A DNA stretch of 64,000 bases from Shewanella sp. GTDB lineage: Bacteria > Pseudomonadota > Gammaproteobacteria > Enterobacterales > Shewanellaceae. Below, piece by piece: positions 40,587-52,643 of the stretch. The DNA lies in assembly GCF_047975355.1 (NCBI RefSeq), contig NZ_JBKEDJ010000055.1, positions 7,760 to 71,759 on the forward strand. Direction: 5' to 3'. The notes beneath the pieces are model-generated. The model saw only the letters and a program-made list of their open reading frames with translations, did no database searches and was not told the DNA's origin. The position numbers and the translations under genes are program-made. Every line of letters starts with the position of its first letter. The first letter of the stretch is position 1.

Positions 40587-40970
40587 CTAGCGAGATTCGA
40601 GGATAACCGTCGCAATAGCGTAGGATTTTTCATCCGCGATTGATATGTGCCCGACCACGCCGTTGAGCAAAGCTAAACGCTGCTGCGCTCCTTCCGCAAA
40701 ATCAATCGTCGGCGCACCATCGGGCGTATTCCCAATGTGGATATGCTGAAAAGATACCCCTCGACCAATCCCCGTCCCCAAGGCTTTAGCTGCGGCCTCT
40801 TTAGCGGCAAAGCGTTTAGCCAAATAGCGGCTCGGTTGGCTATGCTGTTGATATATATCGAACTCAGCCTCTGTCAGTACACGTTTTGCCAGCTTATCGC
40901 CGGAACGTGCCACATGGGCGGTGATACGCTCGATTTCAACTATGTCAGTGCCAAGCCCAACGATTGCCAT
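40587..40970 (-). CDS. acpS: Holo-ACP synthase
   Basis: GLGTDIVEI, AKRFAAKEA..KALGTG. Confidence 0.97.
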   Translation of the reverse strand: MAIVGLGTDIVEIERITAHVARSGDKLAKRVLTEAEFDIYQQHSQPSRYLAKRFAAKEAAAKALGTGIGRGVSFQHIHIGNTPDGAPTIDFAEGAQQRLALLNGVVGHISIADEKSYAIATVILESR

Positions 40971-41707
40971 TATTCGCCTCGACGACCTTCTAACATCAGC
41001 GCTTTCATGTCTTTAACCGCTGTCGCTAAGCCATCAATGGCCGCACGCGCGACAATGGCATGGCCAATGTTGAGTTCATACAGCTCTGGGATCGCCGCAA
41101 TCGGCTTAACATTGTGATAATGCAGCCCGTGGCCCGCATTCACGACTAAGCCTTTGCCATGGGCGTATTTCGCCATTTCGCTGATACGCGCAAGCTCTTT
41201 GGCCTCTTCCTCAGCTGTTTTAGCGTCGGCATAGCAACCGGTATGGATTTCGATAAGTGGCGCGCCAGAGGCGACGGCGGCATCGATTTGCGTCTTATCG
41301 GCATCGATAAACAGTGACACTTGGATACCATTGGCGGCTAAACGGCTTACCGCGGCAGTGATTTTATCTAGTTGACCAGCCACATCTAAACCACCTTCGG
41401 TCGTCACTTCTTGACGTTTTTCAGGGACTAAGCAAACGTAGGTCGGTTTGACTTCGCAGGCGATGTTGAGCATTTCTTCTGTCACGGCACACTCAAAGTT
41501 CATCCGCGTCTTTAAGGTTTTTGCCAGCAGATACACATCGCGGTCGATAATATGACGTCTGTCTTCCCGTAAATGAATCGTGATACCGTCGGCACCCGCA
41601 TGCTCGGCAACCGCCGCTGCATGGACAGGATCGGGATAACTGGTGCCGCGAGCCTGACGCAGGGTCGCAATATGGTCGATATTAACACCCAATAAGATAC
41701 GGCTCAT
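40970..41707 (-). CDS. pdxJ: Pyridoxine 5'-phosphate synthase
   Basis: [37 protein letters not shown]. Confidence 0.98.
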   Translation of the reverse strand: MSRILLGVNIDHIATLRQARGTSYPDPVHAAAVAEHAGADGITIHLREDRRHIIDRDVYLLAKTLKTRMNFECAVTEEMLNIACEVKPTYVCLVPEKRQEVTTEGGLDVAGQLDKITAAVSRLAANGIQVSLFIDADKTQIDAAVASGAPLIEIHTGCYADAKTAEEEAKELARISEMAKYAHGKGLVVNAGHGLHYHNVKPIAAIPELYELNIGHAIVARAAIDGLATAVKDMKALMLEGRRGE

Positions 41708-41796
41708 CGGGAACTCCTTTATGTTTGTAAGGCTAGAATTAACGCTGATTTGCGCCCTATTGTACTGGGACAGACAGTAAAAAACAGGAGCTAGGG

Positions 41797-42498
41797 CTAA
41801 TTATTCCCATCTCTGTTAGAGGCTCTCGCTTGAATAAATAGCTGCCGACTCACCAGCGGCTTGTTTCCGAGCAAGGGTTGCAGCATAGAGCGCATCAATC
41901 GTTTGGCCTCTAAAAACTGCTCTTGTAACAATTGATTATCGTTAAGTGCGGTTAACATCGCGCCTTGATAGGTATGCTTTGCCCTGCTGTTCAACACAAA
42001 TTGAAAGCCAAGTTCTGGCACAAGCTGATAGTAATGTTCAGGGATCAGCGGTTCGCCCTGAGTATCGCGGATAAGGGATGGCATAGCCCCGAGTTCCCGC
42101 AAGAGCGCCAGCTCAAGGTAGCGCAGCTTCGACTCACAAAACTGCGCCGCGAGCCCGACCAAGGCTTGATGGTAGATGAGGAATAACGCCTCGGCATTAT
42201 GGTGAACCGACAGAGTGCGCATCAGCAACTCATTGATATACATGCCGGCATACAGGCTATAACCCGATAAAGGCACGGCTGGCGCGGCCGCTTCAATTTG
42301 GCTGATGTTTTTGAGTTCAGACTTGCCGCTAAATTCAAAAATCAGCGGCTGAAAGGGTTGGAGAATACTTTTGATGGAGCGTTTACCGCTCCCGACTCGC
42401 GCGACGGCATCGACACGACCAATACCGTCAACCAAGAGATTGACCAGCGCGCTAGACTCCCGGTAAGGCCGATGATGCAAAACATACCCCCGTTTCAT
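41797..42498 (-). CDS. recO: DNA repair protein RecO
   Basis: [32 protein letters not shown]; era-recO-pdxJ synteny. Confidence 0.95.
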   Translation of the reverse strand: MKRGYVLHHRPYRESSALVNLLVDGIGRVDAVARVGSGKRSIKSILQPFQPLIFEFSGKSELKNISQIEAAAPAVPLSGYSLYAGMYINELLMRTLSVHHNAEALFLIYHQALVGLAAQFCESKLRYLELALLRELGAMPSLIRDTQGEPLIPEHYYQLVPELGFQFVLNSRAKHTYQGAMLTALNDNQLLQEQFLEAKRLMRSMLQPLLGNKPLVSRQLFIQARASNRDGNN

Positions 42499-42547
42499 CG
42501 GTCAGCGCGCTCGTTCATAATCAGGCTCGGCCTATCATCAGTAACGA

Positions 42548-43579
42548 TTAATCGTCACCGTAGCCTAAGCTTCGCAGGGCGCGTTCATCATCGGCCCAAC
42601 CGGATTTGACCTTCACCCACACTTCGAGGAACACTTTGTTATCAAACAAGGTTTCCATATCGAGGCGCGCTTGCGTGGCGATGGTACGAATGCGCTCACC
42701 TTTGCTACCAATCACCATCCGCTTTTGGCCTTCGCGCTCAACCAAGATCAGGGCGTTGATTTGATAAACGCCGTTTTCCATCATCTTAAACTGCTCGATT
42801 TCAACCGTCGCATCGTAGGGTAATTCATCACCTAAAAAGCGCATCAGTTTTTCACGGACAATTTCAGATGCCATAAAACGCTGCGAACGGTCGGTCACAT
42901 AATCTTCAGGAAAGAAGAACGGATTCTCGGGCAGCGACTCTGCCGCCATATCTAAAATGCGCTTAACGTTGGTGCCTTTGCTGGCCGAAATCGGCAGAAT
43001 TTCATCGAAGGGGTACTTCTTGGCCACTTCTTCCAGATAAGGGAAAAGGGCTTCTTTGTCTTTGATATTATCGACTTTGTTGATGGCTAAAACGGTTTTA
43101 CGCTCTTCACCGCCACGGCGAAGTTTACTTAATACCATCTCATCATCGGCGGTCCATGTCATACCATCGACCACAAAAATCACCATAGACACATCGGCAA
43201 GCGAACTCGCCGCCGCGCGGTTCATCAAACGGTTAATCGCGCGCTGCTCTTCAATATGCAGGCCAGGCGTGTCGATAAACACGATTTGGCGTGGACCATC
43301 GGTATGGATACCCATGATGCGATGACGCGTCGTTTGCGGCTTTTTCGAGGTAATACTGATCTTTTGCCCAAGCAATCGGTTCAGCAGAGTCGATTTACCC
43401 ACGTTAGGGCGGCCAATAATGGCCACCATGCCACAGTAGGTCACATCATAGTGAACAGACGGCGCCGCCGCGCTCGCTGCATTCATCCTTGCCAGTAATT
43501 CATCTAAGCTCGGCTCATTGCTCGCGTTAGCGTTAGCGTTAGCGGCATCGACAGCTGGCAAGTCTGTTTTTTTGGTCAT
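42548..43579 (-). CDS. era: GTPase Era with N-terminal extension
   Basis: [23 protein letters not shown] domain; ~40-aa low-complexity N-terminal extension. Confidence 0.97.
   Translation of the reverse strand: MTKKTDLPAVDAANANANASNEPSLDELLARMNAASAAAPSVHYDVTYCGMVAIIGRPNVGKSTLLNRLLGQKISITSKKPQTTRHRIMGIHTDGPRQIVFIDTPGLHIEEQRAINRLMNRAAASSLADVSMVIFVVDGMTWTADDEMVLSKLRRGGEERKTVLAINKVDNIKDKEALFPYLEEVAKKYPFDEILPISASKGTNVKRILDMAAESLPENPFFFPEDYVTDRSQRFMASEIVREKLMRFLGDELPYDATVEIEQFKMMENGVYQINALILVEREGQKRMVIGSKGERIRTIATQARLDMETLFDNKVFLEVWVKVKSGWADDERALRSLGYGDD
43524..43544 (-). repeat. In-frame hexamer tandem repeat (GCTAAC)x3.5 encoding ANANANA in era
   Basis: Plus strand GCGTTA GCGTTA GCGTTA GCG. Confidence 0.8.
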
Positions 43580-44256
43580 TTCTTCAGTAACTCCAATACT
43601 TGAGCCGCAGCAATCTGTTCGGCTTTGCGGCGCGAACTCGCTACGCCAATCACGCTTTCGCTCAAGTCATCTATACGACATTCAACAGTGAATGTTTGAT
43701 CGTGAGCATCGCCTTCTATGTTGATTACTTGGTAATCGGGTAGCGGCTTCTTTAACCCTTGTAAATATTCTTGCAGTAAGGTTTTAGCGTCTTTTTGATT
43801 CACACCGGGTTGGATCTCGGCCAAACGCTCGGCGTACCAATGCAGTAATAACTTACGGCACACTTCGAGATCGGAATCTAAGTAGATTGCGCCGATAATC
43901 GCCTCGACCGCATCGGCCAAGATGGATTCACGTCTAAAACCACCGCTCTTTAACTCACCAGGGCCTAAGAATAAATAATCCCCAAGCTTGAAAGCCTTAG
44001 CAATCAAGGTGAGCGTATCACCACGCACTAAGGTGGCGCGCATCCGGCTCAGGTCACCCTCAGTCGCCTTAGGAAACTGATGGTATAAGGCGTCAGAAAT
44101 CACAATCGATAAAATCGAATCGCCTAAAAACTCTAAACGCTCGTTGTGCTTATTTGCCGCACTTCTGTGGGTCAATGCTTGGGTGAGGAGATCAATATTC
44201 TTGAACTCATAGCCCAAAGTACGACACAAACGTGGCAAATTTTTAATCGGTTCCAT
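43576..44256 (-). CDS. rnc: Ribonuclease III
   Basis: [11 protein letters not shown] signature and C-terminal dsRBD; start probably MEPIKN at 44256. Confidence 0.97.
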   Translation of the reverse strand: MEPIKNLPRLCRTLGYEFKNIDLLTQALTHRSAANKHNERLEFLGDSILSIVISDALYHQFPKATEGDLSRMRATLVRGDTLTLIAKAFKLGDYLFLGPGELKSGGFRRESILADAVEAIIGAIYLDSDLEVCRKLLLHWYAERLAEIQPGVNQKDAKTLLQEYLQGLKKPLPDYQVINIEGDAHDQTFTVECRIDDLSESVIGVASSRRKAEQIAAAQVLELLKK

Positions 44257-44257
44257 A

Positions 44258-45175
44258 CTAGTGAATTCCACCTACTCGTTCAAAACGTACTCCACTTGGC
44301 ACCCAAGTTGGCAGGAAGTCGGCTTTAGAACGGTCAAACTCAAAACTGATCCAGATAGCGACCGCTTTACCCACAAGATTCTCTTCAGGGACAAAGCCCC
44401 AGAAACGGCTGTCGGTACTGTTATCGCGGTTGTCACCCATCGCAAAATAATGGCCTTCTGGCACCAGGAACTCACCCGCTGGTAAATTCCCTTCACGCTT
44501 GAAGTATCCCAGCATATCGGGGCGGCTTGGATTGATTAAAATATCGTGGGCAACTTCACCAAGTTGCTCTTTAAAACGGATTAATGGCACACCATCTTGG
44601 CTGAAATCACCGCGGCTGATTTCGGTACGCGCCACCAGTTCTGGCTCAAGGCAATTGGTTTGCTCTACGCCACAGGCTTTTTGGATCATTAACTGCTTGT
44701 TACGGTAGATAATCCGATCGCCAGGTAAACCCACAACGCGCTTGATGTAGTCAATCTGAGGGTTCTCAGGGTATTTAAACACAATCACATCGCCACGTTT
44801 TGGCTCGCCCGTTTCAATCAGTTTAGTGCGCCATACGGGATCTTTTAGGCCATAGCTAAACTTTTCCACCAGAATAAAGTCACCCACTAACAGGGTTGGC
44901 ATCATAGAGCCTGAGGGAATTTGGAATGGCTCATAAATAAACGAGCGCAGGATCAACACGAAGGCTATCACAGGGAAGATAGAATGCGCGGTTTCAACCA
45001 CAGTGGGCTCGCGGATGATGTTGTATTCAGCTTCCTCAGTTAAATTAGCCTGCGAAGCCTTGGCTAAGGCTAAGCTTTCGCGGCGTTTAGGCGCAAATAC
45101 CAGCACATCGATTAACCAGATCAACCCTGAAATCAGGGTGACTAGCACTAAAATAATGGAAAAATAGGCTGCCAT
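44258..45175 (-). CDS. lepB: Signal peptidase I
   Basis: [10 protein letters not shown] (Ser), [12 protein letters not shown] (Lys), [11 protein letters not shown]. Confidence 0.97.
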   Translation of the reverse strand: MAAYFSIILVLVTLISGLIWLIDVLVFAPKRRESLALAKASQANLTEEAEYNIIREPTVVETAHSIFPVIAFVLILRSFIYEPFQIPSGSMMPTLLVGDFILVEKFSYGLKDPVWRTKLIETGEPKRGDVIVFKYPENPQIDYIKRVVGLPGDRIIYRNKQLMIQKACGVEQTNCLEPELVARTEISRGDFSQDGVPLIRFKEQLGEVAHDILINPSRPDMLGYFKREGNLPAGEFLVPEGHYFAMGDNRDNSTDSRFWGFVPEENLVGKAVAIWISFEFDRSKADFLPTWVPSGVRFERVGGIH

Positions 45176-45302
45176 TGCTTATTGAACTCCTGCCTTGAAA
45201 TGTAAAGATCCAAACTCAGCGACTATTGTATTTCGACTCGCGAACTTTAGTTAACTTACCGTATTTCTAAAAAAACACCACAAAACATACGATAAGCTAA
45301 GT

Positions 45303-45324
45303 AAAGCGCCGCAAACTGCGGCGC
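45303..45324 (-). terminator. Stem-loop after lepA
   Basis: GCGCCGCA-gtt-TGCGGCGC followed by TTT on the minus strand. Confidence 0.55.
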
Positions 45325-45354
45325 AATAATAGCTAAATTGTGTTATCTCGAGTG

Positions 45355-47145
45355 TTACTCGTTTAACTTAAGTACCGCTAAGAACGCCTCTTGCGGCACC
45401 TCAACGTTACCCACTTGTTTCATCCGTTTCTTACCCTCTTTTTGTTTATTCAAGAGTTTCTTCTTACGGGAAACGTCACCACCGTAACATTTAGCCGTTA
45501 CGTCTTTACGTAGGGCTTTTACGGTAGAACGGGCAATAATTTGGCTGCCGACAGCGGCTTGAATCGCGATATCAAACATCTGACGTGGGATCAGTTCTTT
45601 CATCTTCTCAACCAGCGCTAAACCACGGTGACGAATGTTTGAACGGTGAATAATCATCGCCAATGCGTCTACGCGGTCGCCGTTGATCAGAATGTCTAAG
45701 CGCACCATGTCCGCAGGATCGAAGCGGATGAAGTTATATTCTAACGATGCATAACCACGGCTGGTCGATTTTAAGCGGTCGAAGAAGTCCATTACCACTT
45801 CAGCCATCGGCAGATGGTAAGTCACGGCCACTTGATTACCGTGGTAAACCATGTTCACTTGGGTACCACGTTTTTCGATACACAATGTAATCACGTTACC
45901 TAAGTATTCTTTTGGCACCAGAATGTTAGCTTCAACGATTGGCTCACGCTTCTCTTCGATGTTGTTAATCGCCGGCAAGTCTGCTGGGTTATCAACATAG
46001 ACGGTTTCACCACTGGTCAACAGCACCTCATACACTACGGTTGGTGCCGTCGTGATAAGGTCAAGATCGTATTCACGCTCTAAACGCTCTTGAATGATTT
46101 CCATGTGGAGCAGGCCTAAATAGCCAATACGGAAACCAAAACCCAGGGCTGATGAACTTTCAGGTTCGAAGAACAATGACGCATCGTTGAGGCTGAGTTT
46201 GTTCAGCGCATCACGGAAGTTTTCATATTCGTCGGTCGAAATCGGGAACACACCAGCGTAAACCTGAGGCTTCACTTTCTTAAAGCCAGGTAATGGCTTT
46301 TCAGCGCCATGCTTAGCTAGCGTCAAGGTATCACCCACTGGTGCACCGTGAATTTCTTTAATACCCGCGATAACGAAACCTACTTCACCGGTTTTCAGCT
46401 CAGTTTTATCGGTTTGTTTTGGCGTGAAGATACCGACGCGGTCTGCAGTGTGGTTTTGGCCGGTAGACATTACCTTGAACTTGTCGCCTTTCTTCAACAC
46501 GCCATTTTTGATACGCACTAAAGAAACAACGCCTAAGTAGCTGTCAAACCAAGAGTCGATAATCAGCGCCTGCAGTGGCGCGTCTGGATCGCCCTCTGGC
46601 GGCGGAATTTGCTCAACGATGACTTCTAATACATCGTCAATGCCCACACCTGTTTTTGCCGAACAACGCACTGCGTTCATTGCATCAATACCCACTATGT
46701 CTTCAATCTCAGCGGCTACGCGCTCAGGATCGGCTTGGGGTAAATCGATTTTGTTCAGGATAGGCACTACGTCCAGATTCATATCCAACGCGGTGTAACA
46801 GTTAGCGAGCGTCTGAGCTTCAACGCCTTGACCCGCATCAACCACGAGCAGCGCGCCCTCACAGGCGGCTAATGAACGAGATACTTCATAGGAAAAGTCA
46901 ACGTGACCTGGGGTATCAATAAAGTTAAGTTGGTAGGTTTCGCCATTTTTGGCTTTGTATTCCAACGTCACGCTCTGCGCCTTGATCGTGATACCGCGCT
47001 CACGCTCTAGATCCATAGAATCAAGAACTTGCGCATCCATTTCACGATCGCTTAACCCGCCGCAAACCTGAATAAGACGATCTGATAGCGTCGATTTACC
47101 ATGGTCGATATGGGCAATAATTGAGAAGTTTCTAATGTGTTTCAT
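45355..47145 (-). CDS. lepA: Translation elongation factor 4
   Basis: [39 protein letters not shown]. Confidence 0.98.
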   Translation of the reverse strand: MKHIRNFSIIAHIDHGKSTLSDRLIQVCGGLSDREMDAQVLDSMDLERERGITIKAQSVTLEYKAKNGETYQLNFIDTPGHVDFSYEVSRSLAACEGALLVVDAGQGVEAQTLANCYTALDMNLDVVPILNKIDLPQADPERVAAEIEDIVGIDAMNAVRCSAKTGVGIDDVLEVIVEQIPPPEGDPDAPLQALIIDSWFDSYLGVVSLVRIKNGVLKKGDKFKVMSTGQNHTADRVGIFTPKQTDKTELKTGEVGFVIAGIKEIHGAPVGDTLTLAKHGAEKPLPGFKKVKPQVYAGVFPISTDEYENFRDALNKLSLNDASLFFEPESSSALGFGFRIGYLGLLHMEIIQERLEREYDLDLITTAPTVVYEVLLTSGETVYVDNPADLPAINNIEEKREPIVEANILVPKEYLGNVITLCIEKRGTQVNMVYHGNQVAVTYHLPMAEVVMDFFDRLKSTSRGYASLEYNFIRFDPADMVRLDILINGDRVDALAMIIHRSNIRHRGLALVEKMKELIPRQMFDIAIQAAVGSQIIARSTVKALRKDVTAKCYGGDVSRKKKLLNKQKEGKKRMKQVGNVEVPQEAFLAVLKLNE

Positions 47146-47312
47146 TATGCTGCTATGACTAATACTGAAAAATGGATACGGTTCAAAGGTGCGAAATTGT
47201 ACCTGATTGCGGTTTCAATACCAATCAGATTCACTCATAGTTCTCTTTAAGTCGAAAAATGCAGCCTTCAGCGAGAGTTTTTTGCCAGATTAAAATCAAT
47301 AACAACATGAAA

Positions 47313-47786
47313 TTAAACGGGTAATTTTTCTAAACTGATCTCTGAACCTAAATAAGCCAAAATCACAGGTTGGGAATCTACTTCGAGTTGTTTTGCCTTG
47401 TGTTTTCCAAACAACCAAGCAACTATCGCCCCTAAAGCGGCAAACGCTATCACACTGAGATCCGAATTAATTTCCAACAAACCTGCGAAAAACTGACCGA
47501 ATACGGCGCCCGCAAATAATCCGAGGAGCGGCATCAAATAAACCAATGCTGCCGCTTTAAGGACCACACTCTCTGGCAGACCGAGTTTTAGCAGTTCACC
47601 AACCTCGCAGGCGCGTTCACTTTGAATAGAGAATTGTTGTGTCTTTGCCGAAAAAGCCTGAGCAACCGCCGAAGTACCGCAAGACTCGCTGCTACTGCAG
47701 CTCTTACAGGTACTTTTAAGCTCTACCTCAACGGTCAGCCAACCTTGATTATCGCAGGCGACAACCCGCGCCACTTCTTCCATCAT
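47313..47786 (-). CDS. rseC: RseC/MucC family protein
   Basis: CxxCxxxxxCG, two TM helices, position after rseB. Confidence 0.9.
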   Translation of the reverse strand: MMEEVARVVACDNQGWLTVEVELKSTCKSCSSSESCGTSAVAQAFSAKTQQFSIQSERACEVGELLKLGLPESVVLKAAALVYLMPLLGLFAGAVFGQFFAGLLEINSDLSVIAFAALGAIVAWLFGKHKAKQLEVDSQPVILAYLGSEISLEKLPV

Positions 47787-47797
47787 GATAAGAGGCC

Positions 47798-48730
47798 TTA
47801 TTCTAACATCAGACTTTTGGCGATACGGGCTAAAGTTTCTGTCGGCACTTTACCCACAGCAACTACTTCGGCATTACCGACTTTTTCAGCCACCAAAGAC
47901 AGGCCATTGCGAGTGATTAACTCCTCAGGAAGTGGAGCCGAGCCTGCTCGTGCGACATAGACAGAAATATTGGCTAAGCCGTCGGTTAACGCAATATATT
48001 CAACCGCTTCATGGCTGCCAATTAAGCGGTGGTGATCACGCACTACCACGCTAAATCCTGCCGGCAGCCAAGAAAATTGCCAATTCTGCCCATCCTGGCG
48101 CTCAGCCTGATCGATGACAGCTGGCCATTCCTGCTTGTAGGCTTCCTGCAGAATCGATGGCGGCTCATTTAACTCAATCAGCTCAATCACCATCAGCTGT
48201 TCAAGTAATTGTTTATCTTGAGTCAGCATGTCGTATCTCAGCGGCAGATAGGTGTCCATATCCAGCCAAATTTGGAAACCATAACGGTATTCGTCATTGG
48301 GCAGTAAACGGATCATTTGCCCTGGACGACCCGCAATGCGCGTACGACCACCGAGTACAAACTGATAACCCACTTCTAAATCACTCATCTTTGACGAGAA
48401 AGCCGCAGGCCAAACGCCCTGAATATGATTAGAAAAGATGCTGTAGGCAGGTTGATCGTGCTCGATAAAGGTGACTCTGTTTCCCACTCTGACCGCATTT
48501 TTCGGTGGGCCATTGAGGTACTCAAGAAAGGCAACTTCCTGATTATTTACCTTACCGTGAAGATAAACCAAAGGCCGAATGTGATCGGCCTGAAGTTGTA
48601 TAATAGATGCTTTAAATTCTTTTTCTTTTAAAGCCTGGCTCATTTTCTCAAGCCAGACTTTGGCAGGCATATCTTCCTGCGCCACTGCAGGGAATACCAA
48701 GGCTAATAAAGCCAACAGGATTAGACGCAA
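47798..48730 (-). CDS. rseB: Periplasmic sigmaE regulator RseB/MucB
   Basis: Signal peptide, YLNGP, RIAGR, WLP.GF, TDGL..ISVYV, VGKVP. Confidence 0.93.
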   Translation of the reverse strand: MRLILLALLALVFPAVAQEDMPAKVWLEKMSQALKEKEFKASIIQLQADHIRPLVYLHGKVNNQEVAFLEYLNGPPKNAVRVGNRVTFIEHDQPAYSIFSNHIQGVWPAAFSSKMSDLEVGYQFVLGGRTRIAGRPGQMIRLLPNDEYRYGFQIWLDMDTYLPLRYDMLTQDKQLLEQLMVIELIELNEPPSILQEAYKQEWPAVIDQAERQDGQNWQFSWLPAGFSVVVRDHHRLIGSHEAVEYIALTDGLANISVYVARAGSAPLPEELITRNGLSLVAEKVGNAEVVAVGKVPTETLARIAKSLMLE

Positions 48731-48742
48731 GCTAACTCCTTA

Positions 48743-49363
48743 CTACTGATTGACAGGAACGGGGATAACCTCGCTATTGTCTTCTACAACGGCACCCGTA
48801 TTCAATCGTTGTTGCAACATATGATCCTGAATATATGTATTAATTCGACGACGTTGCTCGTTCATTTGATCATTAGTGTAGCTCTGATTTTGCTGCACAG
48901 GGCCAGTCTGTAAGCTCACCGGAGAAGCACTACCAATCAGTGGACGAGTAATGAGTACTGGCGATGGCGACGCGGCATCATCGACGGTTTGGTTGAAGTT
49001 CTGTACGCCTACGATGGCGAACATTGCTACAGTCGCTGCAATCGCGTACTGACCAAACTGCTTGAATAAAGGCACAACACGGCTTTTTTCAGCGTTAACC
49101 ACTTGCTGCGGCGCTGTTGTGACTTCAGGCGCGGTAACTTGAGGCGAGACAATGGCAGGCTCAAGTTCTATTGCAGCCGCAATACTGGCGGAAAGGTCTA
49201 ACGCCATAGTCTGGGGTAACTCGCCCCGCATAGCATCGCCTATCAAATGATAGTTACGCCACTTATTATGTGAATGCGTATCGGCAGCAAGTTCTGCCAT
49301 AGTCTGCAAATCTGTCTCTCCATCGACAGCGGCAGATACCCATTCTTGACCTAATTTATCCAT
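48743..49363 (-). CDS. rseA: Anti-sigmaE factor RseA
   Basis: SA.VDGE, W..YHLIGDAMRGE, single TM, H..Q.RL. Confidence 0.93.
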   Translation of the reverse strand: MDKLGQEWVSAAVDGETDLQTMAELAADTHSHNKWRNYHLIGDAMRGELPQTMALDLSASIAAAIELEPAIVSPQVTAPEVTTAPQQVVNAEKSRVVPLFKQFGQYAIAATVAMFAIVGVQNFNQTVDDAASPSPVLITRPLIGSASPVSLQTGPVQQNQSYTNDQMNEQRRRINTYIQDHMLQQRLNTGAVVEDNSEVIPVPVNQ

Positions 49364-49389
49364 TGTTCACCTGTCTAAATTTAAGGGTG

Positions 49390-49968
49390 TTACTCTTCCA
49401 GCAATGGCTGAAGTTTTTTATCAATTGCTTCACGGGCACGAAAGATACGAGATCTAACGGTACCCACAGGGCAATCCATGATGATGGCAATATCTTCGTA
49501 ACTCATCCCATCGAGTTCACGCAACGAAATCGCCATACGTAATTCTTCTGGCAAGGTCTCTAATGTCTCGAAAACCACTTTTTTGATTTCGTCAGATAAC
49601 ATTAGTCGCTCTGGGGAGGCAAACTCCTTTAGCGCGTCACTACCTTCATAGTATTCGGCATCCTCTGCATCCACATCATTTGCAGGCGCTCTGCGCCCCT
49701 GTGACACGAGGTAATTCTTAGCCGTGTTTACGGCTATGCGGTACAACCAGGTATAAAACGCACTTTCTCCGCGAAAGTTTGGCAAAGCTCGATAAGCTTT
49801 GATAAACGCTTCCTGTGCCACATCGGTAACGTCGGCTTGGTTACGCACATAGCGTGAAATCAAGCTCACTACTTTACTCTGATATTTAAGCACCAACAGG
49901 TTAAAAGCGTTTTTATCTCCCCGTTGTACGCGCTCAACTAATTGTTGATCACTTATTTGTCCACTCAT
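49390..49968 (-). CDS. rpoE: RNA polymerase sigma factor RpoE
   Basis: DQQLVERVQRGD, FRGESAFYTWLYRIAVNTAKN, CPVGTVRSRIFRAR. Confidence 0.98.
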   Translation of the reverse strand: MSGQISDQQLVERVQRGDKNAFNLLVLKYQSKVVSLISRYVRNQADVTDVAQEAFIKAYRALPNFRGESAFYTWLYRIAVNTAKNYLVSQGRRAPANDVDAEDAEYYEGSDALKEFASPERLMLSDEIKKVVFETLETLPEELRMAISLRELDGMSYEDIAIIMDCPVGTVRSRIFRAREAIDKKLQPLLEE

Positions 49969-50032
49969 CCGAGCCGACTTCTCCCAAATCTAAAATGCTG
50001 ATTTCTCAGTCGCTCGAATCATATTCACTTAT

Positions 50033-50059
50033 GTAGACTAGCGTGCTTTGAAAAAGTTC
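50033..50059 (-). promoter_or_regulatory. sigmaE-dependent autoregulatory promoter of rpoE
   Basis: Minus strand GAACTT (50059-50054), 16 bp, TCTAC (50037-50033). Confidence 0.78.
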
Positions 50060-50157
50060 TAAGAATTATACAAAAAAAGTAAGGTTAAAAGGAAAGTACC
50101 CATAATCGGTGAGTTGGTTTACCATAGATGGCACTCTCAGTCATAGCATGATACCCG

Positions 50158-51771
50158 ATGAAACAAGTAGTTGAACACCAATCTGACATATTAGTCATAG
50201 GTAGCGGTGCCGCAGGTCTGACACTAGCTTTGCATCTTGCTGAAAAAGCAAACGTAATTCTGCTCTCAAAAGGCCCACTCTCAGAAGGGTCGACATACTA
50301 CGCCCAAGGCGGTATCGCCTCCGTGTTCGATGAAAGTGATACCATCGAATCCCATGTGGCCGATACGTTAGTGGCCGGTGCTGGCTTGTGCGATAAAGAA
50401 GTGGTGACTTTTACCGCCGAAAACGCTAAAAGTGCCATGCAGTGGTTAATTGAATGTGGTGTGGCATTCGATAAAGAAGAAACCGCTGGCGATAATGCCA
50501 AAGACGCACCTTATCATTTGACCCGCGAAGGTGGCCATAGCCATAGACGCATTCTGCATGCCGCCGATGCGACGGGCAAAGAAGTGCAAACCACGCTGCA
50601 AGAACGCGCCCTCGCCCACCCCAATATTCAAGTTTTAGAACGTTACAACGCCATCGACCTCATCACCACCCGTAAATTGAATCGCCCTGGCAATCGCGTG
50701 TTAGGCGCTTATGTGTGGAACCGTAATGCAGAACAGGTCGAAACCATTAAGGCAAAATTTGTCGCATTAGCCACGGGTGGTAGCTCTAAGGTCTACCAAT
50801 ACACCTCAAACCCCGATGTGGCGAGTGGTGATGGCATTGCCATGGCGTGGCGCGCAGGTTGCCGTGTAGCCAATATGGAATTTAATCAATTCCATCCAAC
50901 CTGCCTTTACCATGCCGATGCGCGTAACTTCCTGCTGACCGAAGCCCTGCGTGGTGAAGGGGCTTATTTACGTCGCCCCGATGGCAGCCGTTTTATGCCC
51001 GACTTTGACGAGCGCGCCGAACTCGCGCCCCGCGATATTGTTGCCCGCGCCATCGACTACGAGATGAAACGCTTAGGTGCCGATTGCGTCTACTTAGACA
51101 TCAGCCATAAAGAAAGCGACTTTATCATCAAGCATTTCCCAACGATTTACAGTCGCTGCTTGGAGCTGGGTATCGATATCACCAAGGATGCCATTCCTGT
51201 GGTTCCTGCCGCTCACTATACCTGTGGTGGTGTGATGACTGACTTACACGGTCAAACCGATCTCAACGGTCTCTATGCCATTGGTGAAGTGGCTTATACC
51301 GGCTTACATGGTGCGAACCGCCTGGCGAGTAACTCGCTGCTCGAGTGTTTAGTGTTTGCCCGCGCTGCGTCGCAGGACATTGAGAGCCAAATGCACAAAA
51401 TTCCATTACCTGGGCAAATTCCGGCGTGGGACGAGAGTAAAGTCTCCAACTCAGATGAAGAAGTGGTGATTGCACACAACTGGCACGAGCTGCGCCTGTT
51501 TATGTGGGACTATGTCGGCATTGTGCGCTCGGATAAACGCTTGGAGCGCGCGCTACGCCGTTGTTTGATGCTACAGCAGGAAATCCAAGAGTATTACAGC
51601 AACTTCAGAGTCAGTAATAACCTGCTGGAACTGCGTAACTTAGTACAAGTAGCCGAGCTTATTATTCGCTGCGCTATGGATCGTAAAGAGAGCCGTGGTC
51701 TGCACTACAATATCGACCATCCCGAGAAGGTAGACTCGCCACAACCGACGATTCTGCAACCTGAAAAATAA
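50158..51771 (+). CDS. nadB: L-aspartate oxidase
   Basis: [47 protein letters not shown]. Confidence 0.97.
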   Translation: MKQVVEHQSDILVIGSGAAGLTLALHLAEKANVILLSKGPLSEGSTYYAQGGIASVFDESDTIESHVADTLVAGAGLCDKEVVTFTAENAKSAMQWLIECGVAFDKEETAGDNAKDAPYHLTREGGHSHRRILHAADATGKEVQTTLQERALAHPNIQVLERYNAIDLITTRKLNRPGNRVLGAYVWNRNAEQVETIKAKFVALATGGSSKVYQYTSNPDVASGDGIAMAWRAGCRVANMEFNQFHPTCLYHADARNFLLTEALRGEGAYLRRPDGSRFMPDFDERAELAPRDIVARAIDYEMKRLGADCVYLDISHKESDFIIKHFPTIYSRCLELGIDITKDAIPVVPAAHYTCGGVMTDLHGQTDLNGLYAIGEVAYTGLHGANRLASNSLLECLVFARAASQDIESQMHKIPLPGQIPAWDESKVSNSDEEVVIAHNWHELRLFMWDYVGIVRSDKRLERALRRCLMLQQEIQEYYSNFRVSNNLLELRNLVQVAELIIRCAMDRKESRGLHYNIDHPEKVDSPQPTILQPEK

Positions 51772-51797
51772 GCGGGTAGCTTAAGAGCAGTACTTTT

Positions 51798-51833
51798 AAC
51801 GGGCTAAATCTCAACCAAGATTTAGCCCGTTTT
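51798..51833 (+). terminator. Terminator after nadB
   Basis: AACGGGCTAAATCT-caacca-AGATTTAGCCCGTTTT. Confidence 0.85.
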
Positions 51834-51890
51834 ATTTAAGCAGAGTGAAAAGGGATAAAACCTAACTATGGTTCAATGTTCAGATTTGGA

Positions 51891-52331
51891 TTAAAGGTGT
51901 TCGTTTTGACTCGCCACCTGAGCTTTAGCCTTGAGTAATAGTCGGCATAAGTGGCGATAATCCGTATCGCTAAACATATCGGCCCACAGGGGCAATAGAT
52001 GCAGTTTGTCGCCGGACTGATAATAAACTAGACAGACAAATGGCGTTACCCAAGTTCTGGGTAATACATGAAACGCCTCCTCTGTTGATAGCCAACCTTC
52101 CCCTTTACTATTAAGCTCAAAACGGCAATGCCATGTTCTCAGCCGCCATAACTGATAGCAACAGAATCCCAATAATAAGACCGCGAAGAGAAACCTCAGT
52201 CCACGCAAAAATGCGATGTCAGTTTCTGGCCAAATAAGTAAAGAGGTACTGCAAACACAAACAAAAACGACCAACGAGAGTCGCTGGTCGAAGGAGGCTT
52301 TTACACTAAAACTATGGCGCCGCTCTACCAC
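51891..52331 (-). CDS. ygfX: YgfX (CptA)-family membrane protein
   Basis: Two TM helices and C-terminal D......YRHLCRLL; overlaps the sdhE 3' end; start taken at GTG 52331 rather than the longer track ORF. Confidence 0.75.
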   Translation of the reverse strand: MVERRHSFSVKASFDQRLSLVVFVCVCSTSLLIWPETDIAFLRGLRFLFAVLLLGFCCYQLWRLRTWHCRFELNSKGEGWLSTEEAFHVLPRTWVTPFVCLVYYQSGDKLHLLPLWADMFSDTDYRHLCRLLLKAKAQVASQNEHL

Positions 52332-52560
52332 GGACTTGCACAACCATACGGGCAAGCTCTGCATCGGGACAGGCTTCATGACCCATAAACCAGGCAAATA
52401 ATTCAGGGTCTTCACACTCGAGTAAACGAATAAACAGGGCCTTGTCTTCATCCGACAAATCCTGATAAACATTTTCGACGAAAGGCTGGAACAAGACGTC
52501 CAATTCGAGCATTCCGCGGCGACATGCCCAGCGGACCCGTGCAATGTTCATTAACTCCAA
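52312..52560 (-). CDS. sdhE: FAD assembly factor SdhE (YgfY)
   Basis: WACRRGMLELD motif and L...DP.LF.W; start at TTG 52560 or ATG 52551. Confidence 0.95.
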   Translation of the reverse strand: MELMNIARVRWACRRGMLELDVLFQPFVENVYQDLSDEDKALFIRLLECEDPELFAWFMGHEACPDAELARMVVQVRGRAAP

Positions 52561-52643
52561 GTTAATCTCTCCCAAAACAAAATTCGCCCTAGTCTACCAG
52601 TTCACGCCGTAGAGTGTCGATGCAAGCCATGTTGAAACTCGGT

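Noticed and set aside
51891..52544. 217-aa version of ygfX from the ORF track
   Set aside because: The extra N-terminus overlaps sdhE almost completely in another frame; GTG 52331 gives a normal-length YgfX.
51891..52560. sdhE-ygfX as a toxin-antitoxin system (cptBA)
   Set aside because: This is a conserved core pair; SdhE is a flavinylation factor, the TA role is disputed, and nothing in the sequence supports it.
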